64,000 nt of DNA from the NCBI RefSeq assembly GCF_009914755.1, contig NC_060925.1; one strand, given 5' to 3'. Shown here piece by piece: positions 1 through 13,205 of the stretch. The notes under the pieces are model-generated. The model made no database searches. It was not told the DNA's origin and was given only the letters and a program-made list of their open reading frames with translations. The position numbers were made by a program, and so were the translations under genes. Numbering within the stretch: position 1 is the stretch's first letter; each line of letters starts with the position of its first letter. Origin of the DNA: the human T2T-CHM13v2.0 reference genome, Homo sapiens.

Positions 1-99
1 TTCAAGAAGCCTTTCTAATCCAAGTCAATTCCTCTTGTATTAGTTCCAATAATTGTTTTCTTTCTACTTCTACTACTATTTGTGCAGAGTGTGAATCAT

Positions 100-481
100 G
101 CTGTATATTATTCCTCTAGGGTCCCCTAGCGAATCATACTTCTTACCTAGTAAGAAGTATGGTCCCCAGTGAGAGCTTGATAAGGGCTTGTGCATTTGTC
201 TTGACCTCTTAAAATAGTGCCCTACAACTATTCAAAGAAGATTAATCTAACCAGCCCACTGAAAGATGAGAGACTGCGAGGAAAACTGAGGTGCTCCATT
301 CACTAGCCAGAATTAAGAACAGTTGCAGCTGTGGGTATGATCGTAGGTGAGAAGAGCAAAAGAGCTCTCCAGTGAAGCCCAGCCTTAAATGCTGATTTTC
401 AGAACTGTGAGTAAATAAATGTTACTTGAAGTCAGTACATTTTGGCGTGGTTTGTTGCACCTCAGTTGATAACTGATGCAC
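100..481 (+). mobile_element. MLT1 (MaLR) LTR, degraded
   Basis: MLT1-type 3' end 'cagaactgtgagtaaataaatg...ttttggcgtggtttgttgc...gataactgatgca'. Confidence 0.7.
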
Positions 482-1451
482 ACCCCTGTTTCGTAACATG
501 ATTTTTATCTTTCACATCCACCTCTCTAGCTGAATAGCCAGACTATACAGCTAATTTCCTTTCTTGACTCATAACGGAAGAAGATTGAAGGCGCATATGT
601 TGGGAAAGAGAAGATTTAGTGTAAGTAGCAGCATGACAAAAAGCCTGAGTCATACACAACCTCATAAGATCAGGGACATTTAAAAATCAGGTAATGAGCT
701 GTAGGGGATATTAATCTAAAAATCCATGGAGCACAAATCCTGTGTAGCTCTTACTACATCACCTTAGTTAAAAAGATTTTTACTTAATCTCTAAGTGAAT
801 AAATTATATTTAAATCCCCCTTTCCTCTCACTTAAATATTTCTATTCAGTAGACTCACACCGTGGATTCTTAGCTGATTTCTGCTTCATGCTTCAAATTT
901 AATTTGTTATTTACATGTGCAAATTGGTTTTGCATAGATATGGTAAGCCATATCTGCTTATGAAATGTTAAATTTTAAGAAATAGGCATCTTAAAACATT
1001 CTCTCATATTAAGTTTTCATCTTCCGTCATTCTGCATATTGCAGACATCTGATCAGACTAAATCAGCAATAATTAGGCAGTATTTACAATTAAGCCAAGC
1101 TTAGAACATTGGCATATGGCTTGTGAGATCAGGTGGCTTTGTGTAGGATTTTTTGCTTGGTTTATTAAGAAGTAATCGTGTATACCTATTCGTATCACAA
1201 AACCTCTGAAAATATTTTAAACCATCAAAAGAAATTATTGCTGCTTTTTCTTTCCCATCTTTTTATATTTCCCTTAAAGCTCCTGATAGAAATGAGTAGA
1301 AAGAAACTATTTTATTTAGAATAAAAAAACTCTAGGTTAGTATTTGAGACTCTGGCCTAATTTTCTCTAATAGCTTATCACTCGGTCATTGTGGCTTTGT
1401 GATTTGGAAGGAAAACTATCTAGAATAGGTGTCAGCATGCATTAATGCAGA

Positions 1452-1577
1452 CATATTCATTCATTCAACAAATTATTTTGAATGTCTACTACATCTCAGC
1501 ATTGTTCTATGTCCCACAGATACAGCATTGAACAAAATGGGCTAAGCCTCTAATCTTTTGGAGCTTATATTCTAATT
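1452..1577 (-). mobile_element. L2 3' end fragment
   Basis: 'ttcattcattcaacaaattattttgaatgtctactac...ggagcttatattcta' is the reverse complement of the L2 tail. Confidence 0.75.
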
Positions 1578-1960
1578 GTTGTTTTAATACCTCCAACCCA
1601 AATTTAGTTGGATGTTGAGACTGATGATCCCTATATACACACCAAGAGGATATAAAAGATTACTCATGTATCGAGGCTTTCAGGGTGGAGTGCAGGATAG
1701 GCATCCAAGCTGATAGAAAATAACTTAAACATAGAGAAGAAAACATCACTAGTATTTACTGTGGTTGGGGGTGTGTCTGGGGTGAGGGTTTCCCCTGCAA
1801 CAGTCTGTTGGTTACTCAGTTTCGACTTCCCCCGTCTCCAGAGAGGGAGCACAATGACTTTCTTACTTGCTTGCCCAGAAGGGGGACAAGAAGGGAGGAG
1901 AGCGGGATGGGGTATAAAAGCTGTCAGATGTAAAACATCAGAAGTAGCGTTAGTTCCATT
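1577..1960 (-). mobile_element. ERVL-class LTR (LTR53-like, subfamily tentative)
   Basis: 'tgttg...acctccaacccaaatttagttggatgttgagactgatgat...cacaccaagagg' resembles an ERVL LTR end and abuts the pol remnant. Confidence 0.5.
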
Positions 1961-2049
1961 AAAGTTCATGTTTGATATTTAGTTGATTACCAAAATGTGT
2001 AATAATTAAATAATTGTACTTATTTATGTAAGACTTTATGGTGCTCTAA

Positions 2050-4130
2050 GGGGCTTATAGCCTAAGGCTGGTAAGGGAGATTAAAGCTCTGCTGAATTCC
2101 TTGCTCAAGAGTGCCTTGAGTATTTTGAGAAATGAAATTAGTTCCTTGGTCACTATCAATAATGTTTACAACTTCAAAAGGAATAAGAAGTATCTGGTAA
2201 TAACTTGTATTGTAGTTTGAGTATGTACAGATATAGGTGTGATTTTGATTTATATTTTTATTATCTGTGAGGACATTGCCATAGAATTTTACCCCAAAGG
2301 GATGACTTTGGTTGCTGAATTGTGGTTGTTCTTTGACCAGATGAGCAGACCATTGGCAATGGCTCAAGAGCCTGGAAAAATATGTAGATGGAGATAATTG
2401 TGGGCTATGGCATATTCTAGTGCCAAAAATGGCTAAAGTTTGTTTGATTGTTCTGATCTTTGGGTATTGTCTTCGGGTGGGACATCTTTGTCAGAAATGG
2501 ATATAACATTTGTTAGAAAAGGATGTACTATCAATAGATAGTAAATCTCTTCTGACTCCATTACACGTAATAGTGACACTGTGTTCTGTTCTATAAAGTA
2601 CACAAACTACCTTTTCTGTTTAGTCGGTTGATCCCAAGAGGCTTTCCCGATGGTTGATGTGTCTAGCAGAGGGTCGACATACTCCAGTACCATCGCATCT
2701 GTTATGGGACTGGAAACAAACAAAGTGACTTCCTTCTGTAGGTGGAATATGCCAGAGGCTCTACTCTGTATCATTTTTATTCAGTAAGAAGGATTCTATG
2801 GCTGTGTTGGATCTGTAGGATGCTTTATCCATGCCCTAAGGCATGATAGGAAAATGAGTCCTAAGGCCCACCTTTGAGACAAGTTAGCATCATTTTCCAA
2901 AAGGTTCAATATTCAGCCTACAGTGGTTATACTGATGAAATATATCTGGTGGCCAAAGAAGACCGTTTTTTGGCACCAGAAGCCTATGAGCAACCTATAG
3001 CCAACATGTGTATTCCAGAGATTCCAGGATGCATGAGAGGAAGTTCTTGGGTCCTCTGGAGTGAAAAAGTGTCTGAGGTGTGATGAAGGTAGTCTCTCTC
3101 TCTCTCTTTTTTTTTTTTTTACATTTTGTAAAGACTGGACCTTTTGTTGTTGGAGACACCATTTAAAGCGGACCAATTTGAAGATAACTATAAAATGGAT
3201 TTAAGTGAAATTTGTAAATGAAGAATTCATTGCTTCAAGAACCAAAAATGCCAAAAACATGTTGAGCTTGTTTCAAAATTGAGGGTTCTAATAGGGAAAA
3301 AGTTATTCCTTGATGGCAGTTTTTGACTGACCAAATAATGCCCAGAAATTTAAGTGAGGTGGTGGGACCTTGTACTATGTGTATGGTAATGGCTCATCCC
3401 TTTTTATCAGTTGCTTTGTGAATGTTTGTATCTTGACTAAGTGCACAGAATGAATCTCCTCAGAGAAGAATCTCACCAATGTACCATATCCATGATGTAT
3501 CATTCCCATTGATGCCATCAATCTATCTTACTCAGGTAATCTTGGATAAAGGTGGATGTGATCGAGATCTTGCCTGCAAAGATTGTGTGATATGGGAAGA
3601 TTGTGGGGATGCTATATGGGTATCCAGGTAAAAGTGACGTGTGTTGCATTGAAGGTAAAGGAAAACTGCTAAGCGGCTATTGAAATAGGCAAATATAAAA
3701 TATATTATTCAAATCCATAGTAGTGGGTAATTTCAGTAATATTAGGTTTGGGGGCTTTAATCAGATAAATCATGGTATTAACAATGTGATAATCCAGTAT
3801 TAGGTACCATTCCCTTTTACTAGGTGTTATCACTGGAAAATGTGGGCTATTAAATGTGGTACATTAAATGGGATAGTAGGTAAAATGGTGCCTTCCTTTT
3901 GTAGGTCTGAATGAAGAGTGGGTCTTGAATTATGGGCCTTGATTTATCTGGTCCTTGTTTTCTCTATGTCCAGACATGCTAATTAATTTCCCCAGTTTGT
4001 AAAACTGTGTCTGATGTTGAATAGTAGTACTCCCAAACTGCTAACCTGGGAGTTTATTTACTGCAATCAAATAAGGACAGTTTTCATATTTCAGCGTGTT
4101 CCACGTGACTGTTCTGTTCTAAAGGAGAAT
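2050..4130 (-). mobile_element. Decayed ERVL-class internal pol (RT and integrase remnants)
   Basis: ORF 2062-2367 has integrase-like 'IIDSDQGTNF...FNLPYQP'; minus strand near 3550-3670 reads 'QFSFTF...TFTWIP...HNLCRQDLDH' (ERVL RT-like); many stops and frameshifts. Confidence 0.75.
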
Positions 4131-4215
4131 GAGAGTGGAAAGAAACAATAGGAAGCATAATACAATTCAGGGTAATAAGTGGAATAAATGAAAAAGTCAA
4201 ATGAAATTAGTAACT

Positions 4216-4477
4216 TCTAGCACTTTGGGAGGCTGAGGTGGGCGGATCATGAGGTCAGGAGTTCGAGACCAGTTCGAGATGGTGAAACCCTGTCTCTACT
4301 AAAAATATAAAAATTAGCCGGGTGTGGTGGCACACACCTGTAGTACCAGCTACTCAGGAGGCTGAGGCAGAAGAATTGCTTGAACTGTGCTCACCGCGGA
4401 GGTTGCAGTGAGCTGAGATCGCCCCATTGCACTCTGGCCTGGGTGACAGAGCGAGACTCCATTTCCAAAAAAAAAAA
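4216..4477 (+). mobile_element. AluS, 5'-truncated
   Basis: Alu consensus match, A-tail, TSD approx 'aaattagtaa' on both sides. Confidence 0.95.
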
Positions 4478-5021
4478 TTAGTAATTTATGAAGAGGCATA
4501 TAAATTATGGCTTATTTAATTGTGCATGACTTTACTTGGCATTTTTAAGAAAAACACAGTGGTGAAACAATTGTAGGCTATCTTAACATAGTCTAGATCT
4601 TCCATAGCTTGGAGTCTTAGTGAAAGACACAATTGGAACCCCTTCAGGGTTCTAAATATTGTGATTACCTATGTCTATGGAGCAGTACTAACAATTAAGA
4701 AATGGCATAAGTAGCTTTAATATCTATCTCTTTGCTCTTTTATCGCCAATTAAATTTTTTTAAAACTTGTAATTTATGATTTTTTTATTCTAGTTTGCAT
4801 ATCATAAAGGGATCATATTGTTAATAAAGTATAAAATTTAATTGTCACTTTAAAAATCCTTGGTCGTCTTCATTGTGCTTAGTTCTAAATTCACAAAGAT
4901 GAGATGTTTTACAGAGTTCCTCACGTTGATAAATATTTGTAATTACTTACTGTAAAAATATGAGGTCATATTGTCCTCATTTTGTCATGAGTTGTATTCT
5001 TAGGGAGATGAAAACACTTAT

Positions 5022-5236
5022 TTTGGGTCCTACTGTGTATCAGGCATTGTGCAAGACATAAAAATGTTAAGCTTCAATGCCATAACACACCGTGATAAGA
5101 TCAGAAAACTGGGGTTTCATGGAAGTCAATACTTAGGACAAAGACATGCAGCTAGTAAGTGGAGTAATAGGGCTTCGGACCCTAGGTTTGACTGATTCCA
5201 AATTACCTGTTCTTTCCTTTACAAAGTGCTGCCTCC
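5022..5236 (-). mobile_element. MIR
   Basis: 'cctactgtgtatcaggcattgtgc...gaaaactggg...cagctagtaagtggag...aggtttgactgattccaaa' MIR core. Confidence 0.75.
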
Positions 5237-6854
5237 ACTGTCAGTGATGAATCATTGTTTTCATCACATTGCCAAAAGGTAGTAACTGAAGTTCAATTAT
5301 AAGATATAATCCGTCAAAATGTTTGAAGTTTTTTTATTATAATTAATCATACTCTGAGTTATGTCAGGAGATGTATTAAAAATATAACCGAAGGATAGTC
5401 AGAAAAGAACCACATTGCCAAAGCAGATGTCTCTGAATCAGAATCTATAGATTATAATCTTGTCTGTAACACTAGTTTCATGACTTTGTTCAACTTTTTA
5501 GAGCCCTCTGGGAATTTGGTTTCTAAAGTAACTTCCTGCCCTCAAAGTCTGATTTCTACAATTTACTATACGTATTTATGATTACTGGGTGAGGTACACT
5601 TACGAGCTAGCTTGATTGAATATTTTTGAAGAATATTCAAGAACTACATTTTTAAAAATTTGTTCAGTGGGTTAATTCAGTAAGGACTATCTGCTTTTGC
5701 CCCAAGTGGAAGAGTAGTCCTAATCTAAAAGATACTTTCAACTAAGTTCTGGGGAATACTTTGCTTTTTCTCCCCATCGTTGTGTTTATCTTAGAATCTC
5801 TTGGTGGTCATATTATTAGATAAGGAAAAGCTGTGCTTTGGAAATAGCAGCGCCCCAGAAGGGTGGAGACCCAAAGCTTAGAGACAGGCTAGAAATGCCA
5901 TGTTCTGAAATAGGTCAGATTTCAGATGAATGATAAATTGAATGGATGAAAAATAGCTCTTAGCCACTTTATTCCAATGAAATACCATGATAGAGTGATG
6001 AGTCATAAGAGTAGCTGAAAAAAATCGAATTGTCAAGATTAGTATTAATATACAGAAAAATAGATGTTTAGTAATATTTTTAAATATTAAGAGCACTTTA
6101 ACATGTGCAATGTAAAGACAAGAGCTTTGATTAAAACTTTGATTTTATATACTTTTGTATATAAAATATTAATATTTTATATACAATAGAGGCTTTGCCA
6201 ATTGTGTTTCTAAGGGCTGAAGAGATATAAAATTCTAATTCAAAAGCAACACTAATTTTGCCCATTTGGCATTGAAGTCTTTATGGTTGAGATTGATCAA
6301 CCAGACTGTTGAAATGTTTAACAGCATTCCGTAAGGGCATTCAAGAAGTCTCATCATTCTTACTTTATATTAAATAATAGTTTATCTTACTGATTTTCAA
6401 AATAGATTTATCTTATCTGATCTTCAAAATAAATTTTTCTATTAGGTGGTGAGAGTGCTGACCAGCTAACGAGTATGCCAACTCCTTTAAAAACTATAAC
6501 TGTTGTTAGCGTAAATAGATAAACTAATACTCTTGTTATTCATTCAATAGTAATTAATTCTCCAGTGTTTTTCTATTACTGATGCACAAATGAAAACATG
6601 CCCATGTTTGAATTGTGATAACACCCCCAAATTACTGACCTCCAATGATACTCTCCCAGAAACAATCTGTTGGCTTTCTTCATTTGTGCAAAATATAACA
6701 CTTTCAAGGTTTAGATGAGAATACAAAAAAATGTTTTCTTTCTTATACTCTCTCTCCTTCACTTCCTATTCTCAATTCATAATCTTCCACTATAGGGGAA
6801 AGATGTGTGCAGTTTTGTGAGTTCATTTTATAAATCTACAAAATATCTATTGTC

Positions 6855-7242
6855 TGTCCTAGTTCTTTGTCTGCTGCTGTAACAGAATAACCACAGACTG
6901 GGTAATTGATAAAGAAAATACGTTTATTTGGTTCACAGTTCTGGAGGCTGGGAAGTCGTAGAACATGGAATCAACATCTGGTAAGGGTCTTCTTGCTGTG
7001 TTACTTCCCATGGAGGAAGGCAAGAAGGCAAGAATTATGTGCAAAAAGAGAAAACAGGATGGGCCATGCTCCCCATATAACAACCCACTTTCACAATAAC
7101 TAACCCACTTTCACAATCACAGCATTAATCCATTCATGAGGGTGGAGCCCCCATAACCTAGTAACTTGATGGACTCACCTTTTAATATGGCAATTTAATT
7201 TCAACATGAGGTTCAGACGGGACAAATATTCAAACCACAACA
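6855..7242 (-). mobile_element. MST (MaLR) solo LTR
   Basis: TG...CA ends, 'cacagttctggaggctgggaagtc', 5-bp TSD ttgtc at 6850-6854 and 7243-7247. Confidence 0.9.
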
Positions 7243-8258
7243 TTGTCTAAGCCTGGAGTGAGAAGATGATGAAACTACATAGATTGTATGTGATATTTTA
7301 CTGGTCAGAATGGCTTAACTACCTGAATTTTATTTGTCACATTAAAACATTCTTTCATTGTCAAACTTTAAAATGACTGTCAAACTGACAGCTGAGTGAG
7401 TAAAGCAGTAATTCAACAGCAACTGCTTTTTAAGAAAGAGGTATAAAGTGTTGAATCTGGTAGTTTAGTCACTGTTCAAACTAGAATTTTAATTATGTAA
7501 CCCTTATTTATTCAATATATCATCATTAATGTTAATCAGACATATTCATTGTTTGTCTCCTTCTAGAGGGGGAAACAAATCTAATTATATTTGATGTAAT
7601 ATTTACATATGTATCTAGATAAGACCAAATGAAGTGTTACTCCAATGAAATAGCAATGTTTCTGACATCCTGAGAATGAAATGACCCAATACGGAAAGAC
7701 TTTTGATACATACAGTTGTTGTTGGTACATATTTGCATACTGATATTATGATAATTATAAGTAACTTTTATATTATTGTACTTTGAGAAGAATATGTTTA
7801 TCTAAAGTTGTTTTGAGTTCAGAATTAAACATATTCTATTTCTATATTTGGATCAAACGAAAATCTTATATGTTTAGTAAGACAAAACTTAAGATGGAAG
7901 ACTATACATAAAATGACATATATTAATATATATCTGTATTAAGAACATTAATAGTAGTATGCTCATAAAATAGTCAACTAAAATATAATTCAAAAACAAG
8001 TACTCTTATTATTGATATTGAGTGAAATGTTTTTTGTATAAAAACCATTTTTAAAAGTTAAAATTTAGAGTTTTCTAATGTCATCACTATTGCAACTATC
8101 ATCAATAAAAGTGCTATTTTAAAATATACAGCAAATTATTATCATTACTTATAAAGATGTTCTCCCTTTCTACCTAAAAACATAACTGTTTTGAGGCTAT
8201 AGAGATTGCATGGCATGTGCACATACACACTCAGACACACATTAAATACCTCAGCTTT

Positions 8259-8536
8259 AGGCTGAGCAGGGTGGCTCATGCCCATAATCCCAGCATTTTG
8301 GGAGACCAAGGCAGAAGATCACTGAAGCCAGATGTTCAAGAACACCCTGAACAACATAGTAAGACACAATTTCTACAAATTTTTTTTTTAATTTTTTGAC
8401 TCATGCCTATAGTCCCAACTACTATGGAGGCTGAGGCAGGAGGATCTCTTGAGACTAGGATTTCAAGATTACAGTGAACTATGACTGCACTTCAGTCTGG
8501 GTGGCCAAGTAAGACTCTGTCTTTAAATTTAAAAAC
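8259..8536 (+). mobile_element. AluJ, degraded
   Basis: Diverged Alu dimer with internal deletions. Confidence 0.85.
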
Positions 8537-9654
8537 TTTATCAAGTAATATTTAAAATTTTCCCTACTTTATCCAGAATTCATATGTCACACATGATGCC
8601 AATCCTATCCACGTGTCTAATTGCATACTTGATAATATTCCAGCTCCCTGACCATTCTCACCCCATCTCTGACTCCACCCTATCTATCCATGAACCTTTA
8701 CTTATTATCCATGTGTCCTTGGGAATGGAGGTAGAGAGATGATGCTTCAACAATTAAATTGCAGGTGCTACTAATTGGAAGACAGAAAAGAAAGAACAGT
8801 GAAAGTATGACTTTTTTTTCTGACAGGGACCTGAAACTGGGTCAAGCTATGGTAGCACTAGTATGGATAAAGAAGAAGGTGCTCATCTAAAAGTGTTTGC
8901 AGAGAGGGATTTGACAACAATGAATCTTACAGATAGGCTAAGATAGGAATGTTTCTATTACCGTAGAAATAACAACAAAATGGCCAACATGTGTTGGTAC
9001 TTACTGTTCACCAAGTACCGTGCTAAACATCACGATCGCACTATCTCATTCCAACCTCACAAAGTGCCTGGAAGATAATATCACACAGTGATTACTTGCA
9101 TGAATTCAGGAATCAGATTATCTGGGTCCAATCCTAACTTTACTGCTTCTAACTATGCAAACTTGGGATATTGCTTAGTCTTTTTTTTCTTCAGTTTTCT
9201 CATCTATAAATATTTGGCCTACCTTAAACATTTATAATAAATATTAAATGATATACAGTGTGTCAATTGTTACAAATAAAAAATTCATTAACACACCAAA
9301 AATAATTGAGCATCAGTATGTATCATATAACATTCCCAGCACTTTAAGATGCTGTTAAAAAAGTAGAAACAGATTCCTGACCATGTCAATTACATCCAAT
9401 GAGAGTAACATTTAATCTGCCAACTACAATTACTACTGTTATTATATAAGTTTTTCAGATGAGAATCCTGAGGATTGGTCTGAAGTACCAAAGCTTGTTT
9501 TCTGAACATAAGGAAGTTTGGGCAGGGTCATAGACTTTTGAATTCATCATTCTAGAAAATAGGAATGGATGTGAAGAAGAATTTGTGCCCAGTTAAGGTT
9601 GGAAACCATACACTTGCGATATATATCTAAAATGATATTCGTGATTATATAATT

Positions 9655-10422
9655 AGTCTACTCACTTAAGCCAAAAGCTTGGAGTTATCTTTGACTCCTA
9701 TCTTTGTCTCACATTTTATATTTAATCAATCAACAAGTTCTATTGGTTATAACTTTCAAATGTGTCTGCACATTGACCACATTTTATAATCTACACAGCC
9801 ACCAGCGTAATCTAAGTTTCTAATGCCTTCCCTCTATATTATCATAACAGCCTTTCCCTCTCAGTCTCCTACCGTGTTCTTCACACAGATGGAAGCCATA
9901 GTATATCACTCCTTCACTCCAGGGCCTCCAATGGCTCCCATTTCTTTCAGAAGAAAATAAAAATTCCCTGCTATGGCCTGCAAATCTCTCCACAAACTCT
10001 CATTCTTATTTTAGCTTTTATTGTTGTAGATCAACTTCATTTGCTCTGCAATTTAATCTTCTTCCAACATACCAAGCATACTTCTACCACAGAGCCTACC
10101 TACTGCCAGTGATGCGTTCCTTTAGACATCCTATGGCTCCATTCACTGCTGCATTCAGCTGTGTGTTCAGATATCACTTAGCTTTCCTTCTTCACAATGC
10201 ATGAATCGGTACACACACCATAGCTACTCTGTGCCTCTTAATATACTTTGATTTTTTTCATTTATTTCTGACTGGCACCTATTGATTTAGCTGTTTCTTT
10301 TTTTAATTGCCATCCATTCCTACTAGAATATAGACTCTATCACAGTAGGGCCTTGGCTTTCTTCACTGCCATTTCCTTGCCTTAACACAAGTGCAGCACC
10401 TGGATCTAGTAGCCACTCAATT

Positions 10423-10464
<42 letters not shown>

Positions 10465-10510
10465 TTTAAATGAATGAGTGGATGAATGAATGAATAAATC
10501 AATGAATTTA
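9655..10510 (+). mobile_element. L2 3' portion
   Basis: 'cttggagttatctttgactcc...ctccaatggctccc...ctagaatatagactc...tgaatgaatgaat' L2 body and tail. Confidence 0.75.
10425..10463. repeat. (CA)n microsatellite
   Basis: Perfect AC run. Confidence 0.98.
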
Positions 10511-10949
10511 AAATGAATGCAATTTTTTTTCAACAGTATTCAGCTTACTAAGTACGGAAACACAGAAGCTGACTAATCCACAACTTCTTTCTTTCTTTTT
10601 TTTTCAGATTTATACAATAGAAGACTAAAATGCTTGAGGGTGGTGTTAAGATATTGGTAAGTTGACAAATGAATCATCAGCCGTCGGTTAATGAATGTGA
10701 AGAAAATGTTATTGACATTTCAGAGAAAAATATATGAGCCTCAATGAGTTTGAAAATGCTTTATCTTTGTAGTAAACTACTAAGAGTTTGATGACAAAGA
10801 GATTGCGCTCAGAAGAAGGTGATGAAAAAGTGTTTTAATATATGCTGTATGGAGTAGGAATGATTCATGCGGAGTTGATGCTCAAATTCTAAAACTCTTA
10901 AACTCTTAGCGGCAGGAGTCATCTTAAGGTAAAACCATAATTTCTATAA

Positions 10950-11262
<313 letters not shown>

Positions 11263-11436
11263 TAATCCAGATGTGTTCAGAAATGCCCTATTTTTGTTAA
11301 TTGATAGGTATTAATTGTCTCACTGAATATAGGAAGAAATTAGTGACTTTAGTTTTATTAAGGACTCTTCATACTGTGATTGATTATAGACTTTTGGATT
11401 AGCTAAGACACTCCAGATCTGACTGCACGGTCTAGC

Positions 11437-11661
11437 TCTTGATGGCTAATATAGTATAGCCACCAGCTACATGCATCTGTTTAAATTTAGATTCATATTA
11501 ATATTAATTATAATTAATGACATTAAAAATCCTATTCCTCAGTCTTACTAGCTACATTTTCAGTGCTCAAATGCCACCTGTGGTTAATGGCTACCATCCT
11601 GACAGTGCAGATACAAAAAGAAGTCTTTGTTCATCTCAGCAAATACTACTGGAGAGCCCTG
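11437..11661 (-). mobile_element. MER3 (hAT-Charlie MITE)
   Basis: 'tagccaccagctacatg...ttcctcagtc...tagctacattttcagtgctcaaatgccac...gacagtgcagata'. Confidence 0.8.
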
Positions 11662-13010
11662 GTCTAGTAGAGGATCACCACGGTACTGGGGTAGCCAGAA
11701 ATACAGAATGCTTTATTTCTGTGACTGCATTCCTAAATCTAAATACCACGTTAGTTTGCTAATGTTGATATAACGGTAAGATTGTATCATGCATGACAAA
11801 TAATCAACTGTCTCAAAAGATAGTAGTTGTATTCTTGTATGCATTAAGTTTTTAAAGATGAAGTATGAGTTTTAGGGAAATTGAAGACCATTGAAACCCA
11901 CATGGTTAGATAGAGTTACCTGTAATCCAGTTAGTAATGAATTTCAAAAACTGTTGACTACATTCTTTCAATGACAAAAAAGAAGAGATACTTCTTGTAC
12001 TTGAACATTGTATATTAAAAATGGGGCATAGAGGAATATGCTCTCTCTATCCTAATTTTAATTCAACAACTTTTTGACTTTTATCTTCAGAAAGATTTTT
12101 GTATTCAGAAATGAACTTAGACATTAAAAATATATAGGGAATAGTATACTCAAAGATCCACTGTTATTGGATACAGTCTATGAACTCACTCACTACAAAG
12201 GGTGACAATGTTCAGCAGGAAGAGTCTGGGTGACAGGAGTATGAATTCATCTGTGTGTTATCACATTGAGTGCTTATGCAGATTATCCACTTTTATCTCA
12301 GTTTATGCTGGATTTCTGAACCTGGCATATACTTCGGGACTGAACAGATGGACTACTTGTATTTTTGACTGGTAAGGCAATTAGTAAACAATGGCCCAAT
12401 AAGGGGAAAGCTCATAAGAAAAGGTAACATCACAGGAGGCTCAGTGACTAGAAAAGGTCGTCCAAAGAAAACCCTTGTAGAGAAAATCGTAAGACATAAT
12501 TGAGGGTGTCACATCTACTTAGGACCCCACATTCCTTCATTGTGGAAATGGCTAATATCAATGGGAAGCAATCAATACTGCCTACAGACAGACTTACAAG
12601 CTAAATTTCATTAGGAAAGGCTTCACTGGCTGGTAAAAAAAAAATTAAATAATAGGATTATAAGTGATCATTCATAATATATTACTAGAATTTGTATTCT
12701 GTTCACGAGGAGTATGGGGAGGGTCGTCCAGGCCCATGGGCTATTGTTCTGTAAGACCTATAACTCTGTGTGCCATGAAGGGATGGGAGAGATGTGAAGA
12801 ATGATTAATAAAAGTCCTAGAAGCACAAGCGAGGAAGCAGAAGTTTGAGACAGTAGTGAACAGCAGGAAGAACACTTGACATTTTTTCCTCCATCAATAG
12901 CTACTTAAGTAAGCATGAAGTTCTGGGTTTCACAAGCTTGCTATTTAGTGCTCCTGCAGGACCTGTTAAGAACACTAAAGACAAATTATACCTGAAAGGA
13001 ACCCAGGGAC

Positions 13011-13205
13011 CTGCACTGTCCAATATGGAGCCAATAGCCACATGTTACTAGAAAATAAGTGCCTGAAATGCGGGAAGTCCAAACTCAGATAGGCTCTAAG
13101 CATAAAATGCATATCAAAATGGAAAAAAAATAGTATGATAAAAGTATGCAAAATATCTCATTAATAACCTTATATTGATTACATGCTAATATGATCTTGT
13201 TTTGC
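13011..13205. mobile_element. MER33-like hAT-Charlie fragment
   Basis: 'ctgcactgtccaatatggagccaatagccacatg...aaaatatctcattaataa...tatattgattacatg'. Confidence 0.75.

Noticed and set aside
2062-2367. Integrase-like ORF as a domesticated gene
   Set aside because: Short fragment among stops and frameshifts; a decayed ERV.
3508-3522. attgatg-c-catcaat mini-palindrome in an apparent insertion in the ERV RT remnant
   Set aside because: 7-bp arms are expected by chance in 64 kb, and I cannot confirm the insertion without the consensus.
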